Counted from the first letter of the stretch, positions 23,223-32,000 are shown. The stretch: 32,000 nucleotides of DNA from Endozoicomonas lisbonensis (GCF_040549045.1 NZ_JBEWTB010000002.1:4790462-4822461); one strand, 5' to 3'. The notes: generated by a model from the letters alone, not told the origin. Program-made: numbers and translations.

Positions 23223-26200
23223 ATGAACAAGTTGTCTGATGATCCGATTGATCCAACTGGCTATCTGCAAGAAAAAAAGCTGGATTTTGCGTTATTGAGT
23301 TCTCTGATTGGTTTGAGAGTTGTAAGGGACTGGTGGTATGGCGATTGTCTTGAGTATCCGCTTATAAACGTCAAAGGGCAGGTAGCTGGCTGTGAGCGAA
23401 TTTATCCGCGAGGTTTGTTGAATAAACGTTGCCCAGATCGCTTCACAGCCAAAGACAACAAAAAGGTCACCAGAGGTACAAAAGTTTCTCAGAACTTTGC
23501 CTTAGTGGGTATTTTTCATGCGGAGCTGCCCAAGTACCTTGGCAGTCTGAGAATCGTTGGCGGTATGGCAGATGCGATTAATGTCTATCTGGCTACTGGT
23601 GAGCCTGTGGTTTGTATCGTCGGAGAGAATAATGCCCGGTCAATTGCGGTACAATTGACTCAGGAATGGCCGCACCTTGCCCGGAATCTGATTGTTGCTC
23701 TTGATCACGATCTGCCGGGAATAATGGCCTGTCATCGGGCAGGTTTTCGGTGGGTAGTACCGCAAAGATATGGTGAGGACTGGAGTGATGTTCGAATTGA
23801 TGCCGGATTACAGAGTTTAAAGCGACAACTGAAGTGGGTGAGAGAGCCTATTCAGCCCATCGATTTAAAATCTGTACCTGCACCTGCTGTCGAGATGGCA
23901 AAGGACAATTTCTGTGGTGACTATCAAAGCGCCCTGAAGCTTCTTGCCAAGGCCAATAATGAGCAATGTGCAGCAACACTGGCGAAAGCCATTGTCAGCC
24001 GGTTTCACCATAAGGTGCCTGCCCAGTGCGATGAGCATGATTTTATCCATAGGATTCAGGCTGCAAACCCTTACCTTCTGCACCCTGATACACTAAACCA
24101 GCTTAAACGGCAGCTAAGCGGCTATTGCTTCAGACAGCAACAGGTGATTCAGGGTGAGTGCGGGTTAAGCTCTGGCAAAAAGAAGTCGCTTGCAGAGCGT
24201 TATCATTCTGTTTCAGCTATCAATCCCAAAACCGTTTCTTTGGAAAAAGGGCAGATCACCCTGATCAAAGCCCCTTATGCTTCGGGCAAGACTAAGTTAA
24301 TGTCAGCATTGTCTCAGGCAGCTTTGCAAAAAGGAGATCGAGTTCTGGCAGGTACTCACCTGGTTTCCCTGGCTCATGAACTGGCAAGACGACTGGGGCT
24401 GGAGAGCTATCTCGATATCCCGGAATCGTTTATGGCAACGGTCAACCGACTGGTGACGTGCATCAATAGCTTGTGTGCGCAGAATGTCAGTCGGTTTCTG
24501 GAGTCAGGCAAGATCGATATTCTTCTGCTGGATGAATTTTCACAGCATATTTCTGTACTGGGAACCAGCCCGCATATCAAAGACCCATCAGTACTGGCGC
24601 GCTATCTGGATTTGATTGAACAAACGCCTACCGTCGTCATCTGTGATGCTGACCTGTCCTCTTATCATGTAGGACTGTTGCAGGAGTGGTTTCCAGAACG
24701 GGAAATACACTTTTATGAGATGCCATATTCTCAGGATGTAACCCTTACCTGTCAGTTTGCTACAGGAAGAGCTCAGGCAAAATCGGTCATTGATCACCAG
24801 CTATTACCGTCCATCGCCCAAGGCAGAAAAATTGCGATTGCTACAGATAGCAGGGTGTATGCAGGCAAGATGGAAAAAATCATCCGTAAACAGTTCCCTG
24901 ATATTTCAATGCTGCTGTTCCATGGAAAAAACCGCAATGAACCTGATCAGGTGGCTTTTCAGAAAAACTTTGATCAGGAAGCGCAACGATACCAGGTCAT
25001 CATCTATACACCAGCCATTGAATCAGGCGTATCTATCCAGGCACCGTTCGATCAGGTATTTGGTTTTTCCCATAACGTTGTCTTGCCGACGAAGTTTGTG
25101 CAAATGCTTCGGCGATTCCGGTCTGTCGAGCAGTTTACCGTTGTCGCCGATCTTATTTTCGGCAAAAAAGACAATGAAGACTGGCTGGCTAGAGTACGGG
25201 CATTGCAGTACGCAGAACGCTATGTTCGCAACACCGATGGCGTAACCGTTGGCGAATACGACGGGTTTTGTGAAGAAGAACGTAGCCGACAGATAAAGCT
25301 TAAGGCACTGGGCGGCAATGGTCTTTTTTACCTAATGCAAAGCAGAGGGTTTTCTATGGAGTATTACCAAGGCAGGCAGCAGTCTGAATATTTTGAATTG
25401 TGCTGGAAAGTTACTGAAGAGGAAGTGGAAAAAGAGGAGAGGGCGGCGATACAGCAATCGCCCATTGTGTCTGCAAGCCAGTACGATGAACTGTCTCATA
25501 AAGTAGAGCCAAGGCTGCAGGAGATATGCAGCTGTGAACGCTACCGAATATGTGAAGAGCTGGGCATTGAGGCAGTAGCCCTGAAAGAAGAAGATATAGA
25601 GTTTTGGCAAAGAGTTGGGCTGACACGGCTCAGACGATTCATGCAGTTCCCATTGCCGGATGGTAGCCACTACCAACCGCAGCCAGATCAGGAAGGCACT
25701 TCCATTTGTCACCGGCGGTTTGAATCAATCGGTGTCGATGTTTATCGAGAGCTTCTGATACCGTTATTTCCCAACTGGGATTACCAGCAATCCTGGGGGG
25801 AGTCGGAAGCAGAGCTGGTTCTAGACAGGGTTGAGGCTTACCACAACGAATATCCCTTCATGCTGAACCAGCTCAAACTGATACCGGATTCTGTAATCTT
25901 GAACACGGTGGAAGGAGCAAAATTCCAACGCCCAAAATCTGCCTGCAATTTCGTCAACCGATTACTGAGAATGGCTGGTTTGGTCATCAGTAGTCAGCAG
26001 ATTCGCACAGGGGAAATGCTTCCTGACACTGGCAAAGAAAAGCGAGTAAGGCGCTACAGTATCAATCAGGAATCACTGGCTTGCATGCGTGGCTATGCCC
26101 GTTCCAGAGCGGCTCACAAGCAAATCAATCTGGCACACACTGGTGTGAATAGTATAAAAATAAAGCAAAGTGTGACACCCTACAATCAAAAGCTTGAAGG

Positions 26201-26354
26201 GGTACCTTCACAAGAAGATGGTATGGATAATACAGAAAAACCAGTAAGCGGTAATGTTGCTTTATGTCTCCATGAGATGAATTTTTGTGATAGGAAAAAT
26301 TATCTCAGGAGATTGAAAAACCAGCAACTGAAGATATCCTCAGGTGATTTGTGA
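23223..26354 (+). CDS. Toprim-domain + SF2 (origin-binding-protein/CyRepA-like) helicase; putative primase-helicase or replication initiator
   Basis: Toprim: conserved Glu in VVCIVGENNARS and DxD in IVALDHDLPG. Helicase: Walker A IKAPYASGKTKLMS, Walker B DILLLDEFSQH, later VIIYTPAIESGVSI. It also has a long alpha-helical C-terminal region. The tracked ORF starts at TTG 23190; ATG 23223 (MNKLSDD) is preferred. Confidence 0.8.
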   Translation: MNKLSDDPIDPTGYLQEKKLDFALLSSLIGLRVVRDWWYGDCLEYPLINVKGQVAGCERIYPRGLLNKRCPDRFTAKDNKKVTRGTKVSQNFALVGIFHAELPKYLGSLRIVGGMADAINVYLATGEPVVCIVGENNARSIAVQLTQEWPHLARNLIVALDHDLPGIMACHRAGFRWVVPQRYGEDWSDVRIDAGLQSLKRQLKWVREPIQPIDLKSVPAPAVEMAKDNFCGDYQSALKLLAKANNEQCAATLAKAIVSRFHHKVPAQCDEHDFIHRIQAANPYLLHPDTLNQLKRQLSGYCFRQQQVIQGECGLSSGKKKSLAERYHSVSAINPKTVSLEKGQITLIKAPYASGKTKLMSALSQAALQKGDRVLAGTHLVSLAHELARRLGLESYLDIPESFMATVNRLVTCINSLCAQNVSRFLESGKIDILLLDEFSQHISVLGTSPHIKDPSVLARYLDLIEQTPTVVICDADLSSYHVGLLQEWFPEREIHFYEMPYSQDVTLTCQFATGRAQAKSVIDHQLLPSIAQGRKIAIATDSRVYAGKMEKIIRKQFPDISMLLFHGKNRNEPDQVAFQKNFDQEAQRYQVIIYTPAIESGVSIQAPFDQVFGFSHNVVLPTKFVQMLRRFRSVEQFTVVADLIFGKKDNEDWLARVRALQYAERYVRNTDGVTVGEYDGFCEEERSRQIKLKALGGNGLFYLMQSRGFSMEYYQGRQQSEYFELCWKVTEEEVEKEERAAIQQSPIVSASQYDELSHKVEPRLQEICSCERYRICEELGIEAVALKEEDIEFWQRVGLTRLRRFMQFPLPDGSHYQPQPDQEGTSICHRRFESIGVDVYRELLIPLFPNWDYQQSWGESEAELVLDRVEAYHNEYPFMLNQLKLIPDSVILNTVEGAKFQRPKSACNFVNRLLRMAGLVISSQQIRTGEMLPDTGKEKRVRRYSINQESLACMRGYARSRAAHKQINLAHTGVNSIKIKQSVTPYNQKLEGVPSQEDGMDNTEKPVSGNVALCLHEMNFCDRKNYLRRLKNQQLKISSGDL

Positions 26355-26476
26355 AGCTAAACAGAATTAGTTATAGTGTTTCCTGTTGATAAATGATGTT
26401 GTTATCAGTTTACAAAATATAGCCATACTTTATGGCACCTTAACCTCGATAACCCAGAATACGAATGAGGTGGAAT

Positions 26477-29400
26477 ATGACGACGGATACGTCTAGTTCG
26501 TTTAATTCGATAATTATAAATGCCATCACTAAAGCAGTAGAGCTATCTTCTGGCAAGTCCACCAAAAAACATGATCAAAAACAAAAAATTGCAGGTTTTT
26601 GTGGAGTTGGCGGGCCTACAGGCACAGGCAAGACGAGCGCTTTAACTCGATCTGGTGATGATGGTACTTCTGCTGCTCTGGAGTATATATTAAAGCAGGG
26701 CTATCAATCAGTTTTTGTTACTCACCGTTGGAACATTCTGCAAGACGTGTATCGTGCTGTTGCAAAACGTACTGACAGTCAAGGGAATCCCTTTAGAGCT
26801 AGTGTCATTTACGCCCAAGTCGATACAATACTGGCTGCATTCTTAAAAAAAACACTTCCTCATGAAATTGGTATCCAGTATGAGGATTTGCCTGATCCAG
26901 AAGAAGAGCTTTCTGTACTAGAGAAAGAAGGGTTATTCATTGACGAAGGCTTATCTGAAAAAATTCGCATCGAGTATCAGGGATTAATATCGAGTACTCA
27001 GTATCTTGAGCAGATCAAAAAATATAATCGAAATCCAAACGCTGTTACTGAGCAAAGAAATCTCGAAGAAAAAATCCAGTGGTCATGTAGTCAAATTGAA
27101 CACTTGTTACTTAAAAATCTATATAAACTCGAATCTTTGCTAAAGGAGTTTGAGAAAAAATCACAAACTGATGATCCAATAACGGATGAATACAGAGAAA
27201 GTGTAAAAAAATACCGCTCAAACCCTCTGATACGCAGAATTTTTCCTGCTATAGCCTGGCATGATGAGCAGCAACATATATTGATCATGACAACCCATAA
27301 GCTATATTCTGGTTTTTACGATGGGGTATCAAAGGTTCGTCTTGCTCAAGGAGGTCTTGAAGGCAGAGTAGTTTTTATTGACGAGTTTGATTATCAGGCT
27401 GATGTACTATTGGATTTACTGGCTGAATCACAATTAATACAAGAACCACCTCAATGCCTTGGGCAGTTATTAGAAGAGGGAAGAAGAGTATTATGTAGAC
27501 TGCGTTATATAAAAAGCCCTAACGTTAAGACAGTATATAAAAATCTATCTGAAATTTTGAATGAACTTGAGGAAAAGTTAGATGAGATGGGGGTCGATCT
27601 AAGATCATTACGTGCACTTGTGGTTCCTCTGGACAATGACGACAACCCTGTTTCATTTAAAGAGCAGTATCTCTTTCGTGCCGACCACTTGGTTACCAGT
27701 AAATCGCTGACATTGCGGGCGCAAGAACATGGCTATGTGGTATCTGAACGACAACCTGGGCCTCCTTCACCGGAAGATATTTATATCGAAGACTTTCTCA
27801 GGGTAATGGAGACCTATCTGAGAAAATTCACAATGCTCCTCACTGAGCTGTCTAGCTCCGAGAATGATCAGGCACAGTCGTTGGTCAGCAGGTTTAGTAG
27901 TATCCTTTTCGACTCAGTGAACGATTTTAAACCGGCATACTACAGCTCAGCACTGGCAAGAATGTCACTTAAGGCTCCAGCGAAGACAAATTTTGCTGAA
28001 ATTACAGAGTTGGCAAAGGACAATATCCTCCCTAACAGTCACGCCAATATTTATGGCTTTAGCAATTGGTTACTACGAGAAAACCCTGATCATGCTGATG
28101 TGGATAAATTACGACTTCAAATAAAGCGTGCTTTCTTACCGACGACTCCAGAGGCTTTATTAGTCAGCCTGGCGAGTAGGAACATGGTATTTGGTCTATC
28201 AGCGACATCATTTATTGAGCGTGCTGTTGGTCACTTTGATATTCGCTGGGTTCGAACAGCTCTACGCTATGTAGGGGAGGCCAGAACTAAATCGCTGACA
28301 AATTCTTTCCTTGGAGTGCAGTTTAACGAGCGTCCAGAAAACTGGTTCTCTAAGCCAATTCCATATGTTGAATCAGAGTCGGATATAGAATTTCAACAAT
28401 GCTCAATCAGTACGATAAAAGAAGCCAAACAATCCTTGCGGCAAACTCAGGCAGAAATTGTAATTAACAAGTTCAATACTCTGTATCAAAGTGAGCCTTT
28501 TCAGGAGTTGCTCGAAAGTTTGCCCCTAGACTTCTTCCAGAGAGGGAATTCAGAACTTAATGAATTCACTGAGAAACAGCGACATCAAGTGCTAGCAAAA
28601 TTACTTGAAGTCATTCAGCTTGCTTCAGAGAGATCGCAACATAAAGGGCAGTTAGCTTTTGTAAATTCAATCTATTTTTTGCGTAAGTGGTTAACTGAAC
28701 AGCAAGCGGAATACAGCTGGAATCAACTTTCTTGGTTGCATAAAGATCAAGAGTTTTATAATGAAAGCAATAAGATGCTAGAACCCTTGAAGGGTTTCGA
28801 AAGTAGCTTTGTCCCTGTGATTTGTCATAACCAGCCAATGATTCTATGTTTGCTAACCGCTCAAAATCAAAAACAACGGGGCTTTGATCGGGCTTATCAG
28901 GCAGCTTTCAATAGTGGAAGGATTGTTCTGGTAATAACCCAAAATGCATCAGCTACAAATGGCATTAATTTGGATTTTGAACATCCTGAGCTTGGTTGTA
29001 TGATGGATTTGAGCTGTCTTTACTTGATAGAAGGTCGGCATTACTTTTTCTCAGCTTATAACTCTGAGGATCGTGATCCTATGGCTCATTCAGGTGTTCA
29101 AATACGTAACCTGGACAAACTCCGACGTTCTGGTGAGTTATCAAGAGAACAGCATCGGTATTTCTTGTTACCTTTAATGAACAATGATTCAAAACTCATT
29201 CAACGCTTGAACCGCCTTTATAAACAAACGAATGATTATGTAGGGAATATAGCCGCTGATGCTCAGCAGCAAGTTGGGCGTATTGAAAGAGTATGGGGTT
29301 CAGTTCCAGAGGTTGAAATCCATGTTTCAGAGCCGGTAGCTGAAGTATTAGCTCGGTTTGCGGCATTACCTTATGCCTTTGAAAATCACCGAGATCAGAT

Positions 29401-30439
29401 CAGCGACCTGAACAATCAGTTGCTTGATTATATCAATAATTGGGCAGCGAGTCAGGGCGGTGATTTCTTTGAACAGCTTACAGCTGCTGTTCAAGATGCT
29501 AATACAGCTCAAACAATAATTGATGACTATTTGATTGGACGAATTAAAGCCAGTAGATCTCCAGAAACCAAACAGGAGGAGGTTATTGAAATATCCAAAC
29601 TATGGAGTAGTTTGGGTAAGGCTGTGCTGCAAATGGATCTTCCCTGGAAAAGAAAATGCAGTGAACTCGGTCTTGACGGATTTGGTTCTATTTCCCTTTA
29701 TGAATGGGCATGTATTGAATATCCAGAAAACCATATTTCAGGACAGCCGATATGGTATGACCCTGATACTTGGCAGTTTTTTAAAACGCCAGATGCTGGC
29801 AGAATCCAATATCAACCTGAAACCCTTTACCAGTGGATTCAAAAACATACTTCAATCATAGATTGGTTCAACAAAAGAGGATTTCGTACCTCCATGTATC
29901 CCCCAGCTTCAGAACTTGAGGAAAGATTTTCTTTTCATCCATTGGTTAGTCAGCGACTGTTGCAGGGACGATTGGGTGAAGAGGCTGTTAGGGGATTGCT
30001 GGAAGGGCACAAAATACAAACTCATGCATACCTGAATCATAAACAAGTTCTTGAGCTATATGATTTTACAGTAGTCGACACTGTTTACCGTGTTGATGCC
30101 AAATTTTATGGCTTGGCAAGCCTTAATATGGCTGATGATGACTATCAATTATGGATAGAAAGAGGTTGTGATGAAGATACTGCACCTCTAAGTTTGATAA
30201 AAAAACTCAAAGCTATTCGGGCAGCCGAAGGAACTGAGATATGTCTTGTAATCGTAAATTTAGTTGCTCAACATGCAGATACTAGGCTGTTGGGATTTGA
30301 TCAGAATTTATCTCCTGTTAATGACGTTAATGAAGCGGATATTGTTGTACTTGGCGGCTGTCTTACAGATGATCCACTTAACCGCTTAACACCAGGTTTT
30401 GGCCAATTAGTAAATCTCCTTCGGAAAATGAGCAACTAA
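26477..30439 (+). CDS. Large SF2 helicase with C-terminal PD-(D/E)xK nuclease domain (DdmD-like architecture)
   Basis: Motif I GVGGPTGTGKTS, motif II VVFIDEFDYQ, motif III VFGLSATSF, motif V/VI-like VITQNASATNGINL and QQQVGRIERV. The C-terminal ~130 aa contain GRLGEEAVRGLL ... LYDFTVVDTVYRVDAKFYG (D...D-x-K). SD GAGGTGG precedes ATG 26477; ATG 26465 is an alternative start. The DdmD call rests on domain architecture and gene neighbourhood, not on a search. Confidence 0.7.
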   Translation: MTTDTSSSFNSIIINAITKAVELSSGKSTKKHDQKQKIAGFCGVGGPTGTGKTSALTRSGDDGTSAALEYILKQGYQSVFVTHRWNILQDVYRAVAKRTDSQGNPFRASVIYAQVDTILAAFLKKTLPHEIGIQYEDLPDPEEELSVLEKEGLFIDEGLSEKIRIEYQGLISSTQYLEQIKKYNRNPNAVTEQRNLEEKIQWSCSQIEHLLLKNLYKLESLLKEFEKKSQTDDPITDEYRESVKKYRSNPLIRRIFPAIAWHDEQQHILIMTTHKLYSGFYDGVSKVRLAQGGLEGRVVFIDEFDYQADVLLDLLAESQLIQEPPQCLGQLLEEGRRVLCRLRYIKSPNVKTVYKNLSEILNELEEKLDEMGVDLRSLRALVVPLDNDDNPVSFKEQYLFRADHLVTSKSLTLRAQEHGYVVSERQPGPPSPEDIYIEDFLRVMETYLRKFTMLLTELSSSENDQAQSLVSRFSSILFDSVNDFKPAYYSSALARMSLKAPAKTNFAEITELAKDNILPNSHANIYGFSNWLLRENPDHADVDKLRLQIKRAFLPTTPEALLVSLASRNMVFGLSATSFIERAVGHFDIRWVRTALRYVGEARTKSLTNSFLGVQFNERPENWFSKPIPYVESESDIEFQQCSISTIKEAKQSLRQTQAEIVINKFNTLYQSEPFQELLESLPLDFFQRGNSELNEFTEKQRHQVLAKLLEVIQLASERSQHKGQLAFVNSIYFLRKWLTEQQAEYSWNQLSWLHKDQEFYNESNKMLEPLKGFESSFVPVICHNQPMILCLLTAQNQKQRGFDRAYQAAFNSGRIVLVITQNASATNGINLDFEHPELGCMMDLSCLYLIEGRHYFFSAYNSEDRDPMAHSGVQIRNLDKLRRSGELSREQHRYFLLPLMNNDSKLIQRLNRLYKQTNDYVGNIAADAQQQVGRIERVWGSVPEVEIHVSEPVAEVLARFAALPYAFENHRDQISDLNNQLLDYINNWAASQGGDFFEQLTAAVQDANTAQTIIDDYLIGRIKASRSPETKQEEVIEISKLWSSLGKAVLQMDLPWKRKCSELGLDGFGSISLYEWACIEYPENHISGQPIWYDPDTWQFFKTPDAGRIQYQPETLYQWIQKHTSIIDWFNKRGFRTSMYPPASELEERFSFHPLVSQRLLQGRLGEEAVRGLLEGHKIQTHAYLNHKQVLELYDFTVVDTVYRVDAKFYGLASLNMADDDYQLWIERGCDEDTAPLSLIKKLKAIRAAEGTEICLVIVNLVAQHADTRLLGFDQNLSPVNDVNEADIVVLGGCLTDDPLNRLTPGFGQLVNLLRKMSN

Positions 30440-30455
30440 AAAGGGACTGACTGAA

Positions 30456-32000
30456 ATGAATACTGAAGTAAACCCGCTAGTTCGTAAACTGCCTTTGTCC
30501 CATCTTGTATACAAGGATGATGAAGTAGATCGTGCTCTGGCTGAAAAATTGGTGGTATATCATTACCCTCTACCCAAAAGTAGCTATCGATGGAAGGAAT
30601 GGGAAGGGCTATTAGATCATACCCTCTCAAACAAACAATACCCTTACTTGATGCGGAGTTATAACGGTCAGTTTGGTCTGTTTGTCGCTGTAGATCAGAA
30701 GGAAGATCAACCCCCATATATTGTCAATGCGGATAATCAGCGTATACACCCTCAGAGAATTTACTATGCCCCTTCATTAAATCCTGTCTGGATTCGCCTG
30801 ATTATGCGTAAGCTCGTTGCTTTTGGTAACCATTGCAAAGGTTCTCACACGCTAGGACGCCCACTGTTAAAAGTGGATGTATGGAAAACAAAAAAAAGTA
30901 CAGGTATCAATGCAATTAGTTTGGATTGTCGAACACAACAGCTTAGAGATGGAAATACTACTGAAATAGTACTTTTTTATGAAAATATACCTTTGCGTCC
31001 ATTATCAGAGGATTACGAGTCTCAAAAGATAAGAAAATCACTTTGGGTTTATGCAGAGAAAAAGGTTCTGGTACGTTGGATTCCAAAAAACGGAGAGAAA
31101 CCCACAAGTCCAGTATATTGTGAAATATCCAAAGACAAAAACAAACGCAAAACCAGACCGTTCATTGATTTGGCTAATGAACAGAAATTTAATACAAGCT
31201 GGCCAAATTTAATCCTGCCAGTACAAAGGGAATTCATAAAGTGTGCTGCAGGATACGGATTTGTTTTAAGGCCAAAAGTGCTTAATCTCCAAAGGTTGGA
31301 AAATAAAACCAAATATAAAACAACATCAGATAAAAATCGTACAGGATCAGTTTTCTCAAGCTTGTCACTGGATAAAGAAGTATCTGTACTAGATCTTCGT
31401 GTTAATAAAACAGTAACAACTGGACAAATCATCGACAAACTCAATGCTTTTCTGCAAAAAAGCATGATAGAAGCATCATTTAGGGTAATTGTTGGTTTTG
31501 ATGAAAATAATTTAGATGACTTATCACTCGATCGAAATGATCAGCTACTGATCCTTCTTGATCAACGCCCAAAAGTTCCGGGTGACCGCTATCCTTTGAC
31601 TAGTGTTTTCAAAGGCAAGGTAGCTAGTCAGCATTTGAACGTCAATCCTTATGATTTGACTGATGAAGATGAACTAGAGAATTTATCACTTGGTACAGAG
31701 GAAAAGCCAAGTCCAGCCTACTATCTGTATGACTTTGATGATTTTGATAGAGAGGGCGTTGAAAGCAATCTTAAGAGAAATGCTGAGGTTGTAATTAAAG
31801 AGTTACATCTTAAGCATCTTATTATCTCACCTAAAGCTAGAATCAGTAAATCTCTGAGTAATGAGAAGGAGCTACTCACTGAACACCTGACAGTCATTAC
31901 AGACGGTTATCTTTTTACGGTTAGAAATGATCGGCCAGTGATTTTGCCTTTCAATCCATCGGATAAATCTGCCTTGAATTTATGTGACAGTGTATTAAAG
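30456..32000 (+). CDS. Partial CDS (at least 515 codons, open at the window end); Argonaute-like (DdmE-like) candidate partner of the helicase-nuclease
   Basis: I translated it codon by codon from ATG 30456 (SD AAGGGA upstream) and found no stop to 32000. It starts 16 nt after the upstream stop. It is absent from the ORF track because it is unterminated. LLILLDQRPKVPGDRYPLTSVFKGKVASQHLNV resembles a MID-domain 5'-end pocket (beta strand, loop, Y...K...Q). The PIWI region, if present, lies mostly beyond the window. The CDS is confident; the function is tentative. Confidence 0.6.
   Translation, partial: MNTEVNPLVRKLPLSHLVYKDDEVDRALAEKLVVYHYPLPKSSYRWKEWEGLLDHTLSNKQYPYLMRSYNGQFGLFVAVDQKEDQPPYIVNADNQRIHPQRIYYAPSLNPVWIRLIMRKLVAFGNHCKGSHTLGRPLLKVDVWKTKKSTGINAISLDCRTQQLRDGNTTEIVLFYENIPLRPLSEDYESQKIRKSLWVYAEKKVLVRWIPKNGEKPTSPVYCEISKDKNKRKTRPFIDLANEQKFNTSWPNLILPVQREFIKCAAGYGFVLRPKVLNLQRLENKTKYKTTSDKNRTGSVFSSLSLDKEVSVLDLRVNKTVTTGQIIDKLNAFLQKSMIEASFRVIVGFDENNLDDLSLDRNDQLLILLDQRPKVPGDRYPLTSVFKGKVASQHLNVNPYDLTDEDELENLSLGTEEKPSPAYYLYDFDDFDREGVESNLKRNAEVVIKELHLKHLIISPKARISKSLSNEKELLTEHLTVITDGYLFTVRNDRPVILPFNPSDKSALNLCDSVLK

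Noticed and set aside
22772-23270. Minus-strand ORFs 22772-23119 (115 aa) and 23052-23270 (72 aa)
   Set aside because: Both are Arg/Ser-rich with no motifs. They run through the hairpin cluster and the terminator, and the second overlaps the start of the Toprim-helicase gene. I treat them as chance ORFs in structured non-coding DNA.
24757-25712. Nested ORFs 24757-25245 (+, 162 aa) and 25332-25712 (-, 126 aa) inside the Toprim-helicase gene
   Set aside because: They are alternative-frame or antisense ORFs with Ser/Arg/Leu-rich composition. The main frame carries the conserved helicase motifs across this span.
22690-26354. Retron-like arrangement (structured ncRNA followed by a large gene)
   Set aside because: The downstream protein has Toprim and helicase motifs and no reverse-transcriptase motifs (no YxDD).
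26477-30439. Whether the 1320-aa helicase is a type I/III restriction subunit (HsdR/Res) or a conjugative TraI-type helicase
   Set aside because: There is no adjacent methyltransferase or specificity gene. The nuclease-like motif is C-terminal rather than N-terminal as in HsdR. There is no relaxase motif, and a MOBH-like relaxase candidate already sits next to traD.
30436-31465. Minus-strand ORFs 30436-30717 (93 aa) and 31049-31465 (138 aa)
   Set aside because: They lie entirely inside, and antisense to, the long uninterrupted plus-strand ORF starting at 30456, which has an SD and operonic spacing. Their sequences are low-complexity.
1-32000. CRISPR arrays, IS elements / terminal inverted repeats, rRNA genes
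   Set aside because: No regularly spaced direct repeats, no transposase-like ORF and no rRNA-like sequence were seen on reading the window. This was a visual scan, not an exhaustive computation.

Overview
The window has two parts. (1) Positions 14-20601, minus strand: one tightly packed F-like (MPF-F) conjugative transfer operon. Its gene content resembles SXT/R391 and IncHI/IncA-C elements. In transcription order: 189-aa ORF, traH, traG | traC, DEDDh exonuclease, trbC/traW, traU, traN, traL, traE, traK, traB, traV, traA-like pilin, MOBH-like traI, traD, membrane protein. Many junctions are ATGA or TAATG stop/start overlaps. The only break is a 385-nt gap between traG and traC. It holds a small opposite-strand membrane-protein gene. 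A cupin plus PAS/LuxR regulator pair lies at 21140-22378 (minus strand). (2) After a hairpin-dense non-coding spacer (about 22690-23135), plus-strand cargo begins. It comprises a 1043-aa Toprim + SF2 helicase protein (23223-26354) and then a visibly more AT-rich two-gene cassette. The cassette encodes a 1320-aa SF2 helicase with a C-terminal PD-(D/E)xK nuclease (26477-30439). Sixteen nt downstream, an ORF of at least 515 codons runs off the window end (30456-32000). One stretch of that ORF resembles an Argonaute MID 5'-end pocket. This helicase-nuclease + pAgo-like pair has DdmDE-like architecture and is my best candidate for the interesting system. If profile searches do not support DdmD/DdmE homology, it is an uncharacterised helicase-nuclease + partner defence candidate. 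I found no rRNA, tRNA, CRISPR array, IS element or integrase in the window. All family assignments rest on motifs read by eye and on gene order. No database search was run.
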